NCBI GenBank assembly: GCA_964016885.1
Contig: OZ024744.1
Location: forward strand, 10,168,001-10,232,000
Length of the DNA stretch: 64,000 nucleotides
Direction of reading: 5' to 3'
DNA from: Eledone cirrhosa
Lineage: Eukaryota
Shown here: positions 28,201 through 42,200 of the stretch, one piece after another
Position numbering within the stretch: the first letter of the stretch is position 1
How the letters are laid out: each line of letters begins with the position of its first letter
Translations under genes and position numbers: made by a program
The notes under the pieces: model-generated
Told to the model about the DNA's origin: nothing
Database searches by the model: none
Seen by the model: only the letters and a program-made list of their open reading frames with translations

Positions 28201-31200
28201 ACTCCAATATGTTGTGTAGTCATACTCCAATACGTTGTGTTGTTGTACTCCAATATGATGTGATGTTGTACTCCAATATGATGTGCTGTTGTACTCCAAT
28301 GCGTTGTGTTGTTGTACTCCAATGTGTTGTGTTGTTATACTCCAATATGTTGTGTTGTTATACTCCAATATGTTGTGCTGTTGTACTCCAAATCTCGTGT
28401 TGTTATACTCCAATGTGTTGTGTTGTTATACTCCAATATGGTGTGTTGTTGTACTCCAATATGTTGTATTGTTTTTCTCCAATATGCCATGTTATACTCC
28501 AATATGTTGTGTTCGTGTACTCCAATATCTTGTGTTATTGTACTCCAATATGTTGCGTTGTTGTACTCCAATATGTTGTGTTGTTATACTCCAATATGTT
28601 GTGTTGTTGTACTCCTATATGTTGTCTTGTTGTACTCCAAAAGGTCATATTATTGTACTCCAATATGTATTGTTATACTCCAATATGTCGTGTGTCTGTA
28701 CTCCAATATGTCATTTTGTTGTACTCCAATATGTCTTGTTATAGTCCAATATGTCGTGTTGTTGTACTCCAATATGTCATGTAGTTGTACTCCAATATTT
28801 CGTGTTGTTGTACCCCAATATGTCGTGTTGTTTATACTCCAATATGTTTTGCTGTTGTACTCCAATATGTTGTGTTGCTGTACTCCAATATGTTGTGTTG
28901 TTGTACTCCAATATGTTGTGTTGTTGTAATCCAATATCTTGTGTTGTTATACTCCAATATGTTGTGTTGTTATACTCCAATATGTTGTGTTGTTATACTC
29001 CAATATGTTGTGTTGTGATACTCCAATATGTTGTGCTGTTGTACTCCAATATGTTGAGTTGTTATACTCCAATATGTAGTGTTGTTATACTCCAATATGT
29101 TGTGTTGTTGTACTCCAATCTGTTGTGTTATACTCCAATATGTTGTGTTGTTATACTCCAATATGTTGTGTTGTTATACTCCAATATGTTGTGTTGTTGT
29201 ACTCCAATATGTTGTATTGTTGATCTCCAATAAGTTGTGTTCTTGTACTCCAATATATTGTGTTGTTGTACTCCAATATGTTGTGTTTTTGTAATCCAAT
29301 ATGTAATGTTGTTGTACTCCAATATGTCTTGTTATATTCCAATATGTCGTGTTGTTGTACTCCAATATGTCATGTTGTTGTACTCCAATATTTCTTGTTG
29401 TTGTACCCCAATATGTCGTGTTGATTATACTCCAATTTTTGTTGCTGTTGTACTCCAATATGTTGTGTTGTTGTACTCCAATATGTTGTGTTGTTGTACT
29501 CCAATATGTTGTGTTGTTATTCTCCAATATGTTGTGTTGTTTTACTCCAATATGTTGTGTTGCTGTACTCCAATACGTTGTGTTGTTGTACTCCAATATG
29601 TTGTGCTGCTGTACTCCAATATATTGTGTTATACTCCAATATGTTGTGTTGTTGTACTCCAATATGTTGTGTTGTTGTAATCCAAAATGTTGTGTTGTTA
29701 TACTCCAATATGTTGTACTCCAATGTTGTACTCCAATGTGTTATGTTGTTATACTCCAATATGTTGTGCTGTGATACTCCAATATGTTGTGTTGTTGTAC
29801 TCCAATCTGTTGTGTTGTTATACTCCAATATGTTGTGTTGTTATACTCCAATATGTTATGTTGTTTTACTCCAATATGTTGTGTTGTTGTACTCCAATAT
29901 GTTGTGTTGTTGTACTCCAATATGTTGTGTTGTTGTAATCCAATATGTTGTGTTGTTATACTCCAATATGCTGTGTTGTTGTTCTCCAATATGTCGTGTT
30001 GTTATACTCCAATATGTTGTGTTATGATACTCCAATATGTTGTGCTGTTGTACTCCAATATGTTGTGTTGTTATACTCCAATATGTAGTGTTGTTATACT
30101 CCAATATGTTGTGTTGTTGTACTCCAATCTGTTGTGTTGTTATACTCGAATATGTTGTGTTGTTATACTCCAATATGTAGTGTTGTTATACTCCAATATG
30201 TTGTGTTGTTGTACTCCAATCTGTTGTGTTGTTATACTCCAATATGTTGTGTTGTTATACTCCAATATGTTGTGTTGTTTTACTCCAATATGTTGTGTTG
30301 CTGTACTCCAATACGTTGTGTTGTTGTACTCCAATATGTTGTGCTGCTGTACTCCAATATATTGTGTTATACTCCAATATGTTGTGTTGTTGTACTCCAA
30401 TATGTTGTGTTGTTGTAATCCAAAATGTTGTGTTGTTATACTCCAATATGTTGTGTTGTAATACTCCAATATGTTGTGCTCCAATATGTTGTGTTATACT
30501 CCAATGTGTTGTGTTCTTGTACTCCAATATGAAGTGTTGTAATACTCCAATATGTAGTGCTGTTGTTATACTCCAATATGTTGTGTTATAATCCAATGTG
30601 TTGTGTTGTTGTACTCCAATCTGTTGTGTTGTTATACTCCAATCTGTTGTGTTGTTATACTGCAATATGTTGTGTTGTTATACTCCAATATGTTGTGTTG
30701 TTATACTCCAAGATGTTGTGCTGTGATACTCTAATATGTTGTGTTTTTGTACTCCAATATGTTGTGTTGTTGTACTCCAATATGTTGTGTTGTTGTAATC
30801 CAATATCTTGTGCTGTTATACTCCAATATGTTGTGTTGTTGTACTCCAATATGTTGTGTTGTTATACTCCAATATGTTGTGTTGTGATACTCCAAAGTGT
30901 TGTGCTGTTGTACTCCAATATGTTGTGTTGTTTTACTCCAATAGGTTGCGTTGTTGTACTCCAATCTGTTGTGTTGTTATACTCCAATATGTTGTGTTGT
31001 TATACTCCAATATGGTGTGTTGTTTTACTCCAATATGTTGTGTTGTTGCAATCCAATATGTTTGTGTTGTTTTACTCCAATATGTTGTGTTGTTATACTC
31101 AAATATGTTGTGTTGTTGTACTCCAATATGGTGTGTTGTTGTACTCCAATATGTTGTGTTGTTGTACTCCAATATGTTGTGTTGTTATACTCCAATATGC

Positions 31201-34200
31201 TGTGTTGGTGTACTCCAATATGTTGTGCTGTTGAACTCCAAATCTCGTGTTGTTATACTCCAATGTGTTGTGTTGTTATACTCCAATATGTTGTGTTGTT
31301 GTACTCCAATATGTTGTGTTGTTGTACTCCAATATGTTGTGTTGTTGTACTCCAATATGTTGTGTTGTTGTACTCCAATATGTGATGTTGTTGTACTCCA
31401 ATATGTCGTGATGTTGTACTCCAATATGTTGTGTTATACTCCAATATTTCGTGTTGTTTTACTCCAATATGTCATGGTGTTGTACTCCAATATTTCGTGT
31501 GGCTGTATTCCAATATGTCATGGTGTTGTACTTCAATATGTCGTATTGTTGTACTCCAATATGTTGTGTTGTTGTTCTCCAATATGTCGTGTTGTTATAC
31601 TCCAATATGTTATGATGTTGGACTCCAATATATTGTGTTGTTGTACTCCAATATGTTGTGTTTTTGTAATCCAATATGTAATGTTGTTGTACTCCAATAT
31701 GTCTTGTTATAGTCCAATATGTCGTGTTGTTGTACTCCAATATGTCATGTTGTTGTACTCCAATATTTCGTGTTGTTGTACCCCAATATGTCGTGTTGAT
31801 TATACTCCAATTTTTGTTGCTGTTGTACTCCAATATGTTGTGTTGTTGTACTCCAATCTGTTGTGTCGTTATTCTCCAATATGTTGTGCTGTTGTACTCC
31901 AATGTGTTATGTTGTTATACTCCAATATGTTGTGCTGTAATATTCCAATATCTTGTGTTGTTATACTCCAATATGTTGTGTTGTTATACTCCAATATGTT
32001 GTGTTGATTTACTCCAATATGTTGTGTTGTTGTACTCCAATATGTTGTGTTGTTGTACTCCAATATGTTGTGTTGTTGTAATCCAATATCTTGTGTTGTT
32101 ATACTCCAATATGTTGTGTTGTTGTACTCCAATATGTTGTGTTGTTGTTCTCCAATATGTCGTGTTGTTATACTCCAATATGTTGTGTTATGATACTCCA
32201 ATATGTTGTGCTGTTGTACTCCAATATTTTGTGTTGTTATACTCCAATATGTAGTGTTGTTATACTCCAATATGTTGTGTTGTTGTACTCCAATCTGTTG
32301 TGTTGTTATACTCCAATATGTTGTGTTGTTATACTCCAATATGTTGTGTTGTTTTACTCCAATATGTTGTGTTGTTGTACTCCAATATGTTGTATTGTTG
32401 TTCTCCAATATGTCATGTTATACTCCAATAAGTTGTGTTCTTGTACTCCAATATGTTGTGTTGTTGTACTCCAATATGTTGTGTTGTTGTACTCCAATAT
32501 ATCATGTTGTCGTACTCCAATATATCATGTTATACTCCAATGTGTCGTTGTTATACTCCAATATGTCATGATGTTGTACTCCAATATGTCGTGTTCTTGT
32601 ACTCCAATATGTCGTGTTGTCGTACTCCAATATATTGTGTTGTTGTACTCCAATATGTTGTGTTGTTGTACTCCAATATGTTGTGTTGTTATACTCCAAT
32701 ATGTTGTGTTGTTATACTCCCAAAAGTTGTGTTGTTTTACTCCAATATGTTGTGATTTGTACTCCAAAATGTTGTGTTGTTGTACTCCAATATGTTGTGT
32801 TGTTGTACTCCAATACGTTGTGTTGTTGTACTCCAATATTTTGTGCTGTTATACTCCAATATGTTGTGTTGTTATACTCCAAAAAGTTGTGTTGTTTTAC
32901 TCCAATATGTTGTGTTGTTATACTCCAGTATGTTGTGTTGTTGTACTCCAATATGTTGTGTTGTTGTACTCCAATATGTCATGTTATACTCCAATATGTC
33001 ATGTTGTTTTACTCCAATATGTTGTGTTGTTGCACTCCAATATGTCGTGTTGTTGTACTCCAATATGTTGTGTTTTGTACTCCAATATGTTGTGTTATTG
33101 TACTCCAATATGTTGTGTTGTTATACTCCAATATGCTGTGCTGTTGTACTCCAATATGTTATGTTGTACTCCAATATGTTGTGTTGTTGTACTCCAATAT
33201 ATCATGTTGTCGTACTCCAATATGTCATGTTATACTCCAATATGTCGTTGTTATACTCCAATATGTCGTGTTGCTGTACTCCAATATGCCGCGCTGTTGT
33301 ACTCCAATATGTTTTGATGTTGTACTCCAATATGTTGTGTTGTACTCCAATAAGTTGTGTTGTTGTACTCCAATATGTTGTGTTGTTATACTCCAATATG
33401 TTGTGCTGTTATACTCCAATATGTCAGGTTGTTGTACTCCGATATTTCGTGTTGTTCTACTCCAATATTTCGTGTTGTTTTACTCCAATACGTCGTGGTG
33501 TTGTACTCCAATATGTTTTGATGTTGTACTCCAATATGTCGTGTTGTTGTACTCCAATATGTTGTGTTGTTGAACTCCAATATGCTGTGTTGTTATACTC
33601 CTAAATGTTGTGTTGTTGTACTCCAATATGTTGTGTTGTACTCCAATATGTTGTGTTGTTACACTCCACAATGTTGTGTTGTTGTACTCCAAAATGTGAT
33701 GTTGTTGTACTCCAATATGTCGTGTTGTTGTACTCCAATATGTTGTGTTGTTATACTCCAATATTTCGTGTTGTTTTACTCCAATATGTCATGTTGTTGT
33801 ACTCCAATATTTCGTGTTGTTGTACTCCAATATGTCATGGTGTTGTACTTCAATATGTCGTATTGTTGTACTCCAGTATGTTGTGTTGTTGTTCTCCAAT
33901 ATGTCGTGTTGTTATACTCCAATATGTTATGATGTTGTACTCCAATATATTGTGTTGTTGTACTCCAATATGTTGTGTTGTTATACTCCAATATGTTGTG
34001 TTATTTTACTCCAATATGTTGTGTTGTTGTACTCCAATATGTTGTGTTGTTGTACTCCAATATGTTGTGTTGTTGTAATCCAATATCTTGTGTTGTTGTA
34101 CTCCAATATGTTGTGTTGTTGTTCTCCAATATGTTGTGTTGTTATACTCCAATATGTTGTGTTCTGATACTCCAATATGTTGTGCTGTTGTACTCCAATA

Positions 34201-34475
34201 TGTGTTGTTGTTGTACTCCAATATGTTGCGTTGTTGTACTCCAATATATCATGTTGTCGTACTCCAATATGTCATGTTATACTCCAATATGTTTTGATGC
34301 TGTACTCCAATATGTTGTGTTGTTGTACTACAATATGTTGTGTTGTTGAACTCCAATATGTTGTTTTTTGTACTCCAATATGTCATGTTGTTGTACTCCA
34401 GTATGTCTTGTTATACTCCAATATGTCGTGTTGCTGTACCTCAATATGTCATGATGTTGTACTCCAATATGTTTC
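13251..34475 (+). repeat. Higher-order tandem unit A (~21.2 kb), first copy of the mega-duplication
   Basis: The order of rare monomer variants matches unit B. The offset is 21225 for 13251-14870 (GTACTACAATCTG near 13326 and 34551; ORFs 13476 vs 34701). It then becomes 25967-25896 for 14870-34475 (ORFs 15016/40983, 18600/44590, 23602/49526, 28751/54673, 33975/59871). Confidence 0.9.
16080..32340 (+). repeat. Tandem pair of ~7.4-kb (16080-23480) and ~8.9-kb (23480-32340) higher-order units within unit A
   Basis: Offsets are 7399-7402 (ORFs 16203/23602, 18600/26002), then 7537 (21214/28751), then 8905/8882 (22046/30951, 23209/32091). The second copy therefore has ~1.37 kb extra at ~29480-30840. 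Confidence 0.85.
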
Positions 34476-36275
34476 GCTGTTGTACTCCAATATGTTGAGT
34501 TGTTATACTCCAATATGTAGTGTTGTTATACTCCAATATGTTGTGTTGTTGTACTACAATCTGTTGTGTTATACTCCAATATGTTGTGTTGTTATACTCC
34601 AATATGTTGTGTTGTTATACTCCAATATGTTGTGTTGTTTTACTCCAATATGTTGTGTTGTTGTACTCCAATATGTTGTATTGTTGATCTCCAATAAGTT
34701 GTGTTCTTGTACTCCAATATATTGTGTTGTTGTACTCCAATATGTTGTGTTTTTGTAATCCAATATTTAATGTTGTTGTACTCCAATATGTCTTGTTATA
34801 TTCCAATATGTCGTGTTGTTGTACTCCAATATGTCATGTTGTTGTACTCCAATATTTCTTGTTGTTGTACCCCAATATGTCGTGTTGATTATACTCCAAT
34901 TTTTGTTGCTGTTGTACTCCAATATGTTGTGTTGTTGTACTCCAATATGTTGTGTTGTTATACTCCAATATGTTGTGTTGTTATTCTCCAATATGTTGTG
35001 CTGTTGTACTCCAATGTGTTATGTTGTTATACTCCAATATGTTGTGCTGTGATACTCCAATATATTGTGTTGTTGTACTCCAATCTGTTGTGTTGTTATA
35101 CTCCAATATGTTGTGTTGTTATACTCCAATATGTTATGTTGTTTTACTCCAATATGTTGTGTTGTTGTACTCCAATTTGTTGTGTTGTTGTACTCCAATA
35201 TGTTGTGTTGTTGTAATCCAATATCTTGTGTTGTTATACTCCAATATGTTGTGTTGTTGTACTCCAATATGTTGTGTTGTTGTTCTCCAATATGTCGTGT
35301 TGTTATACTCCAATATGTTGTGTTATGATACTCCAATATGTTGTGCTGTTGTACTCCAATATGTTGTGTTGTTATACTCCAAGATGTAGTGTTGTTATAC
35401 TCCAATATGTTGTGTTATTGTACTCCAATATGTTGTGTTGTTATACTCCAATATGTTATGTTGTTATACTCCAATATGTAGTGTTGTTATACTCCAATAT
35501 GTTGTGTTGTTGTACTCCAATCTGTTATGTTGTTATACTCCAATATGTTGTGTTGTTATACTCCAATATGTTGTGTTGTTTTACTCCAATATGTTGTGTT
35601 GCCGTACTCCAATATGTTGTGTTGTTGTACTCCAATATGCTGTGCTGCTGTACTCCAATATATTGTGTTATACTCCAATATGTTGTGTTGTTGTACTCCA
35701 ATATGTTGTGTTGTTGTAATCCAAAATGTTGTGTTGTTATACTCCAATATGTTATGTTGTAATACTCCAATATGTTGTGCTCCAATATGTTGTGTTATAC
35801 TCCAATGTGTTGTGTTCTTGTACTCCAATATGAAGTGTTGTAATACTCCAATATGTAGTGCTGTTGTTATACTCCAATATGTTGTGTTATAATCCAATGT
35901 GTTGTGTTGTTGTACTCCAATCTGTTGTGTTGTTATACTCCAATCTGTTGTGTTGTTATACTGCAATATGTTGTGTTGTTATACTCCAATATGTTGTGTT
36001 GTTATACTCCAAGATGTTGTGCTGTGATACTCTAATATGTTGTGTTTTTGTACTCCAATATGTTGTGTTGTTGTACTCCAATATGTTGTGTTGTTGTAAT
36101 CCAATATCTTGTGCTGTTATACTCCAATATGTTGTGTTGTTGTACTCCAATATGTTGTGTTGTTACACTCCAATATGTTGTGTTGTGATACTCCAAAGTG
36201 TTGTGCTGTTGTACTCCAATATGTTGTGTTGTTTTACTCCAATAGGTTGCGTTGTTGTACTCCAATCTGTTGTGT

Positions 36276-39200
36276 TGTTATACTCCAATATGTTGTGTTG
36301 TTATACTCCAATATGGTGTGTTGTTTTACTCCAATATGTTGTGTTGTTGCAATCCAATATGTTTGTGTTGTTTTACTCCAATATGTTGTGTTGTTATACT
36401 CAAATATGTTGTGTTGTTGTACTCCAATATGGTGTGTTGTTGTACTCCAATATGTTGTGTTGTTGTACTCCAATATGTTGTGTTGTTATACTCCAATATG
36501 TTGTGTTGGTGTACTCCAATATGTTGTGCTGTTGAACTCCAAATCTCGTGTTGTTATACTCCAATGTGTTGTGTTGTTATACTCCAATATGTTGTGTTGT
36601 TGTACTCCAATATGTTGTGTTGTTGTACTCCAATATGTTGTGTTGTTGTACTCCAATATGTTGTGTTGTGGTACTCCAATATGTCATGTTATACTCCAAT
36701 ATGTCATGTTGTTTTACTCCAATATGTTGTGTTGTTGCACTCCAATATGTCGTGTTGTTGTACTCCAATATGTTGTGTTGTTGTACTCCAATATGTTGTG
36801 TTGTTATACTCCAATATGCTGTGCTGTTGTACTCCAATATGTTGTGTTGTACTCCAATATGTTGTGTTGTTGTACTCCAATATATCATGTTGTCGTACTC
36901 CAATATGTCATGTTATACTCCAATATGTCGTTGTTATACTCCAATATGTCATGTTGCTGTACTCCAATATGTCGTGTTGTTGTACTCCAATATGTTTTGA
37001 TGTTGTACTCCAATATGTTGTGTTGTTGTACTCCAATATGTTGTGTTGTTATACTCCAATATGTTGTGCTGTTGTACTCCAATATGTCAGGTTGTTGTAC
37101 TCCGATATTTCGTGTTGTTCTACTCCAATATTTCATGTTGTTTTACTCCAATATGTCGTGGTGTTGTACTCCAATATGTTTTGATGTTGTACTCCAATAT
37201 GTCGTGTTGTTGTACTCCAATATGTTGTGTTGTTGAACTCCAATATGCTGTGTTGTTATACTCCTATATGTTGTGGTGTTGTACTCCAATATGTTGTGTT
37301 GTGCTCCAATATGTTGTGTTGTTATACTCCACAATGTTGTGTTGTTGTACTCCAATATGTTGTGTTGTTGTACTCCAATATGTGATGTTGTTGTACTCCA
37401 ATATGTCGTATTGTTGTACTCCAATATGTTGTGTTGTTATACTCCAATATTTCGTGTTGTTTTACTCCAATATGTCATGTTGTTGTACTCCAATATCTCG
37501 TGTTGTTGTACTCCAATATGTCATGGTGTTCTACTTCAATATGTCGTATTGTTGTACTCCAATATGTTGTGTTGTTGTTCTCCAATATGTCGTGTTGTTA
37601 TACTCCAATATGTTATGATGTTGTACTCCAATATATTGTGTTGTTGTACTCCAATATGTTGTGTTGTTGTATTCAATACGCTGTGTTGTTGTACTCCAAT
37701 ATGTTGTGTTGTTGTACTCCAATATGTAGTTGTACTCCAATATGTTGTTTTGTTGTACTCCAATATGCTGTGTTGTTATACTCCAATATGTATTGTTGTT
37801 GTAATCCAATATGTTGTGTTGTTGTACTCCAATATATAGTGTTGTTGTACTCCAATATGTTGTGTTGTTGTACTCCGATATGTTGTGCTGTTGTACTCCA
37901 ATATGTTGTGTTATTGTACTCCAATATGTTGTGTTGTTGTACTCCAATACGTTATGTTGTTGTACTCCAATATTTAGTGCTGTTATACTCCAATATGTTG
38001 TGTTGTTATACTCCAAAAAGTTGTGTTGTTTTACTCCAATATGTTGTGTTGTTATACTCCAGTATGTTGTGTTGTTGTACTCCAATATGTTGTGCTATTG
38101 TACTCCAATATGTCAGGTTGTTGTACTCCGATATTTCGTGTTGTTCTACTCCAATATTTCGTGTTGTTTTACTCCAATATGTCGTGGTGTTGTACTCAAA
38201 TATGTTTTGATGTTGTACTCCAATATGTCGTGTTGTTGTACTCCAATATGTTGTGTTGTTGAACTCCAATATGCTGTGTTGTTATACTCCTAAATGTTGT
38301 GTTGTTGTACTCCAATATGTTGTGTTGTTACACTCCACAATGTTGTGTTGTTGTACTCCAAAATGTGATGTTGCTGTACTCCAATATGTCGTATTGTTGT
38401 ACTCCAATATGTTGTGTTGTTATACTCCAATATTTCGTGTTGTTTTACTCCAATATGTCATGTTGTTGTACTCCAATATTTCGTGTTGTTGTACTCCAAT
38501 ATGTCATGGTGTTGTACTTCAATATGTCGTATTGTTGTACTCCAGTATGTTGTGTTGTTGTTCTCCAATATGTCGTGTTGTTATACTCCAATATGTTATG
38601 ATGTTGTACTCCAATATATTGTGTTGTTGTACTCCAATATGTTGTGTTGCTGTACTCCAATATGTTTTGTCGTTGTACTCCAATATGTTGTGTTGTTATA
38701 CTCCAATATGTTGTGTTATTTTACTCCAATATGTTGTGTTGTTGTACTCCAATATGTTGTGTTGTTGTACTCCAATATGTTGTGTTGTTGTAATCCAATA
38801 TCTTGTGTTGTTATACTCCAATATGTTGTGTTGTTGTACTCTAATATGTTGTGTTGTTGTTCTCCAATATGTTGTGTTGTTATACTCCAATATGTTGTGT
38901 TGTGATACTCCAATATGTTGTGCTGTTGTACTCCAATATGTTGAGTTGTTGTACTCCAATACGTTGTGTTGTTGTACTCCAATATTTAGTGCTGTTATAC
39001 TCCAATATGTTGTGTTGTTATACTCCAATATGTTGTGTTGTTGTACTCCAATATGTTGTGTTGTTGTACTGCAATATGTTATGTTGTTGTACTCCAATAT
39101 GTAGTGCTGGTGTACTCTAATATGTTGTGTTGGTGTACTCCAATATGTTGTGTTGTTATACTCCAATATGGTGTGTTGTTGTACTCCAATATGTTGTGTT

Positions 39201-42200
39201 GTTGTTCTCCAATATGTTGTGTTGTTATACTCCAATATGGTGTGTTGTTGTACTCCAATATGTTGTATTGTTGTTCTCCAATATGTCATGTTATACTCCA
39301 ATATGTTGTGTTTCATGTACTCCAATATTTTGTGATATTGTACGCCAATATGTTGTGTTGTTGTACTCCAATATGTTGTGTTGTTATACTCCAATATGTT
39401 GTGTTGTTGTACTCCAATATGTTGTTGTACTCCAACATGTTGTGTTGTTGTACTCCAATATGTAGTGTTGTTGTAATCCAATATATTGTGTTGTTGTACT
39501 CCAATATATAGTGCTGTTGTACTCCAATATGTTGTGTTGTTGTACTCCAATATGTTGTGCTGCTGTACTCCAATATGTTGTGTTGTTATACTCCAATATG
39601 TTGTGTTGTTATACTCCAATAAGTTGTGTTGTTTTACTCCAATATGTTGTGTTGTTATACTCCAGTATGTTGTGTTGTTGTACTCCAATATGTTGTGTTG
39701 TTATACTCCAATATGTTGTGTTATATTACTCCAATATGTTGTGTTGTTGTACTCCAATATGTTGTGTTGTTGTACTCCAATATGTTGTGTTGTTGTAATC
39801 CAATATCTTGTGTTGTTATACTCCAATATGTTGTGTTGTTGTACTCCAATATGTTGTGTTGTTGTTCTCCAATATGTTGTGTTGTTATACTCCAATATGT
39901 TGTGTTGTGATATTCCAATATGTTGTGCTGTTGTACTCCAATATTTTGAGTTGTTATACTCCAATATGTAGTGTTGTTATACGCCAATATGTTGTGTTGT
40001 TGTACTCCAATCTGTTGTGTTATACTCCAATATGTTGTGTTGTTATACTCCAATATGTTGTGTTGTTATACTCCAATATGTTGTGTTGTTTTACTCCAAT
40101 ATGTTGTGCTGTTGAACTCCAATATGTTGTATTGTTGATCTCCAATATGTCATGTTATACTCCAATAAGTTGTGTTCTTTTACTCCAATATGGTTTGTTG
40201 TTGTACTCCAATATGTTGTGTTGTCGTACTCCAATATGTCATGTTATACTCCAATATGTCGTTGTTATACTCCAATATGTCATGTTGTTGTACTACAATA
40301 TGTCGTGTTGTTGTACTCCAATATGTTGTGTTGTTATACTCCAATATGTTGTGCTGTTGTACTCCAATATGTCATGTTGTTGTCCTCCGATATTTCGTGT
40401 TATTGTACTCCAATATTTCGTGTTGTACTCCAATATGTTGTGTTTTTGTACTCCAATATGTTTTGATGTTGTACTCCAATATGTTGTGTTTTGTACTCCA
40501 ATATGTTGTGTTGTTATACTCCAATATGCTGTGATGTTATACTCCTATATGTTGTGCTGTTGTACTCCAATATGTTGTTTTGTTATACTCCAATATGTTG
40601 TGTTGTTGTACTCCAATATGTTGTGTTGTTGTACTCCAATATGTGATGTTGTTGTACTCCAATATGTCGTGATGTTGTACTCCAATATGTTGTGTTGTTA
40701 TACTCCAATATTTCGTGTTGTTTTACTCCAATATGTCATGTTGTTGTACTCCAATATTTCGTGTTGCTGTATTCCAATATGTCATGGTGTTGTACTTCAA
40801 TATGTCGTATTGTTGTACTCCAATATGTTGTGTTGTTGTTCTCCAATATGTCGTGTTGTTATACTCCAATATGTTATGATGTTGGACTCCAATATATTGT
40901 GTTGTTGTACTCCAATATGTTGTGTTTTTGTAATCCAATATGTAATGTTGTTATACTCCAATATGTCTTGTTATAGTCCAATATGTCGTGTTGTTATACT
41001 CCAATATGCTGTGATGTTATACTCCAATATGTTGTGTTGTTATACTCCAATATGGTGTGTTGTTTTACTCCAATATGTTGTGTTGTTGCAATCCAATATG
41101 TTTGTGTTGTTTTACTCCAATATGTTGTGTTGTTATACTCAAATATGTTGTGTTGTTGTACTCCAATATGGTGTGTTGTTGTACTCCAATATGTTGTGTT
41201 GTTGTACTCCAATATGTTGTGTTGTTATACTCCAATATGTTGTGTTGGTGTACTCCAATATGTTGTGCTGTTGAACTCCAAATCTCGTGTTGTTATACTC
41301 CAATGTGTTGTGTTGTTATACTCCAATATGTTGTGTTGTTGTACTCCAATATGTTGTGTTGTTGTACTCCAATATGTTGTGTTGTTGTACTCCAATATGT
41401 TGTGTTGTGGTACTCCAATATGTCATGTTATACTCCAATATGTCATGTTGTTTTACTCCAATATGTTGTGTTGTTGCACTCCAATATGTCGTGTTGTTGT
41501 ACTCCAATATGTTGTGTTGTTGTACTCCAATATGTTGTGTTGTTATACTCCAATATGCTGTGCTGTTGTACTCCAATATGTTGTGTTGTACTCCAATATG
41601 TTGTGTTGTTGTACTCCAATATATCATGTTGTCGTACTCCAATATGTCATGTTATACTCCAATATGTCGTTGTTATACTCCAATATGTCATGTTGCTGTA
41701 CTCCAATATGTCGTGTTGTTGTACTCCAATATGTTTTGATGTTGTACTCCAATATGTTGTGTTGTTGTACTCCAATATGTTGTGTTGTTATACTCCAATA
41801 TGTTGTGCTGTTGTACTCCAATATGTCAGATTGTTGTACTCCGATATTTCGTGTTGTTCTACTCCAATATTTCATGTTGTTTTACTCCAATATGTCGTGG
41901 TGTTGTACTCCAATATGTTTTGATGTTGTACTCCAATATGTCGTGTTGTTGTACTCCAATATGTTGTGTTGTTGAACTCCAATATGCTGTGTTGTTATAC
42001 TCCTATATGTTGTGGTGTTGTACTCCAATATGTTGTGTTGTGCTCCAATATGTTGTGTTGTTATACTCCACAATGTTGTGTTGTTGTACTCCAATATGTT
42101 GTGTTGTTGTACTCCAATATGTGATGTTGTTGTACTCCAATATGTCGTATTGTTGTACTCCAATATGTTGTGTTGTTATACTCCAATATTTCGTGTTGTT

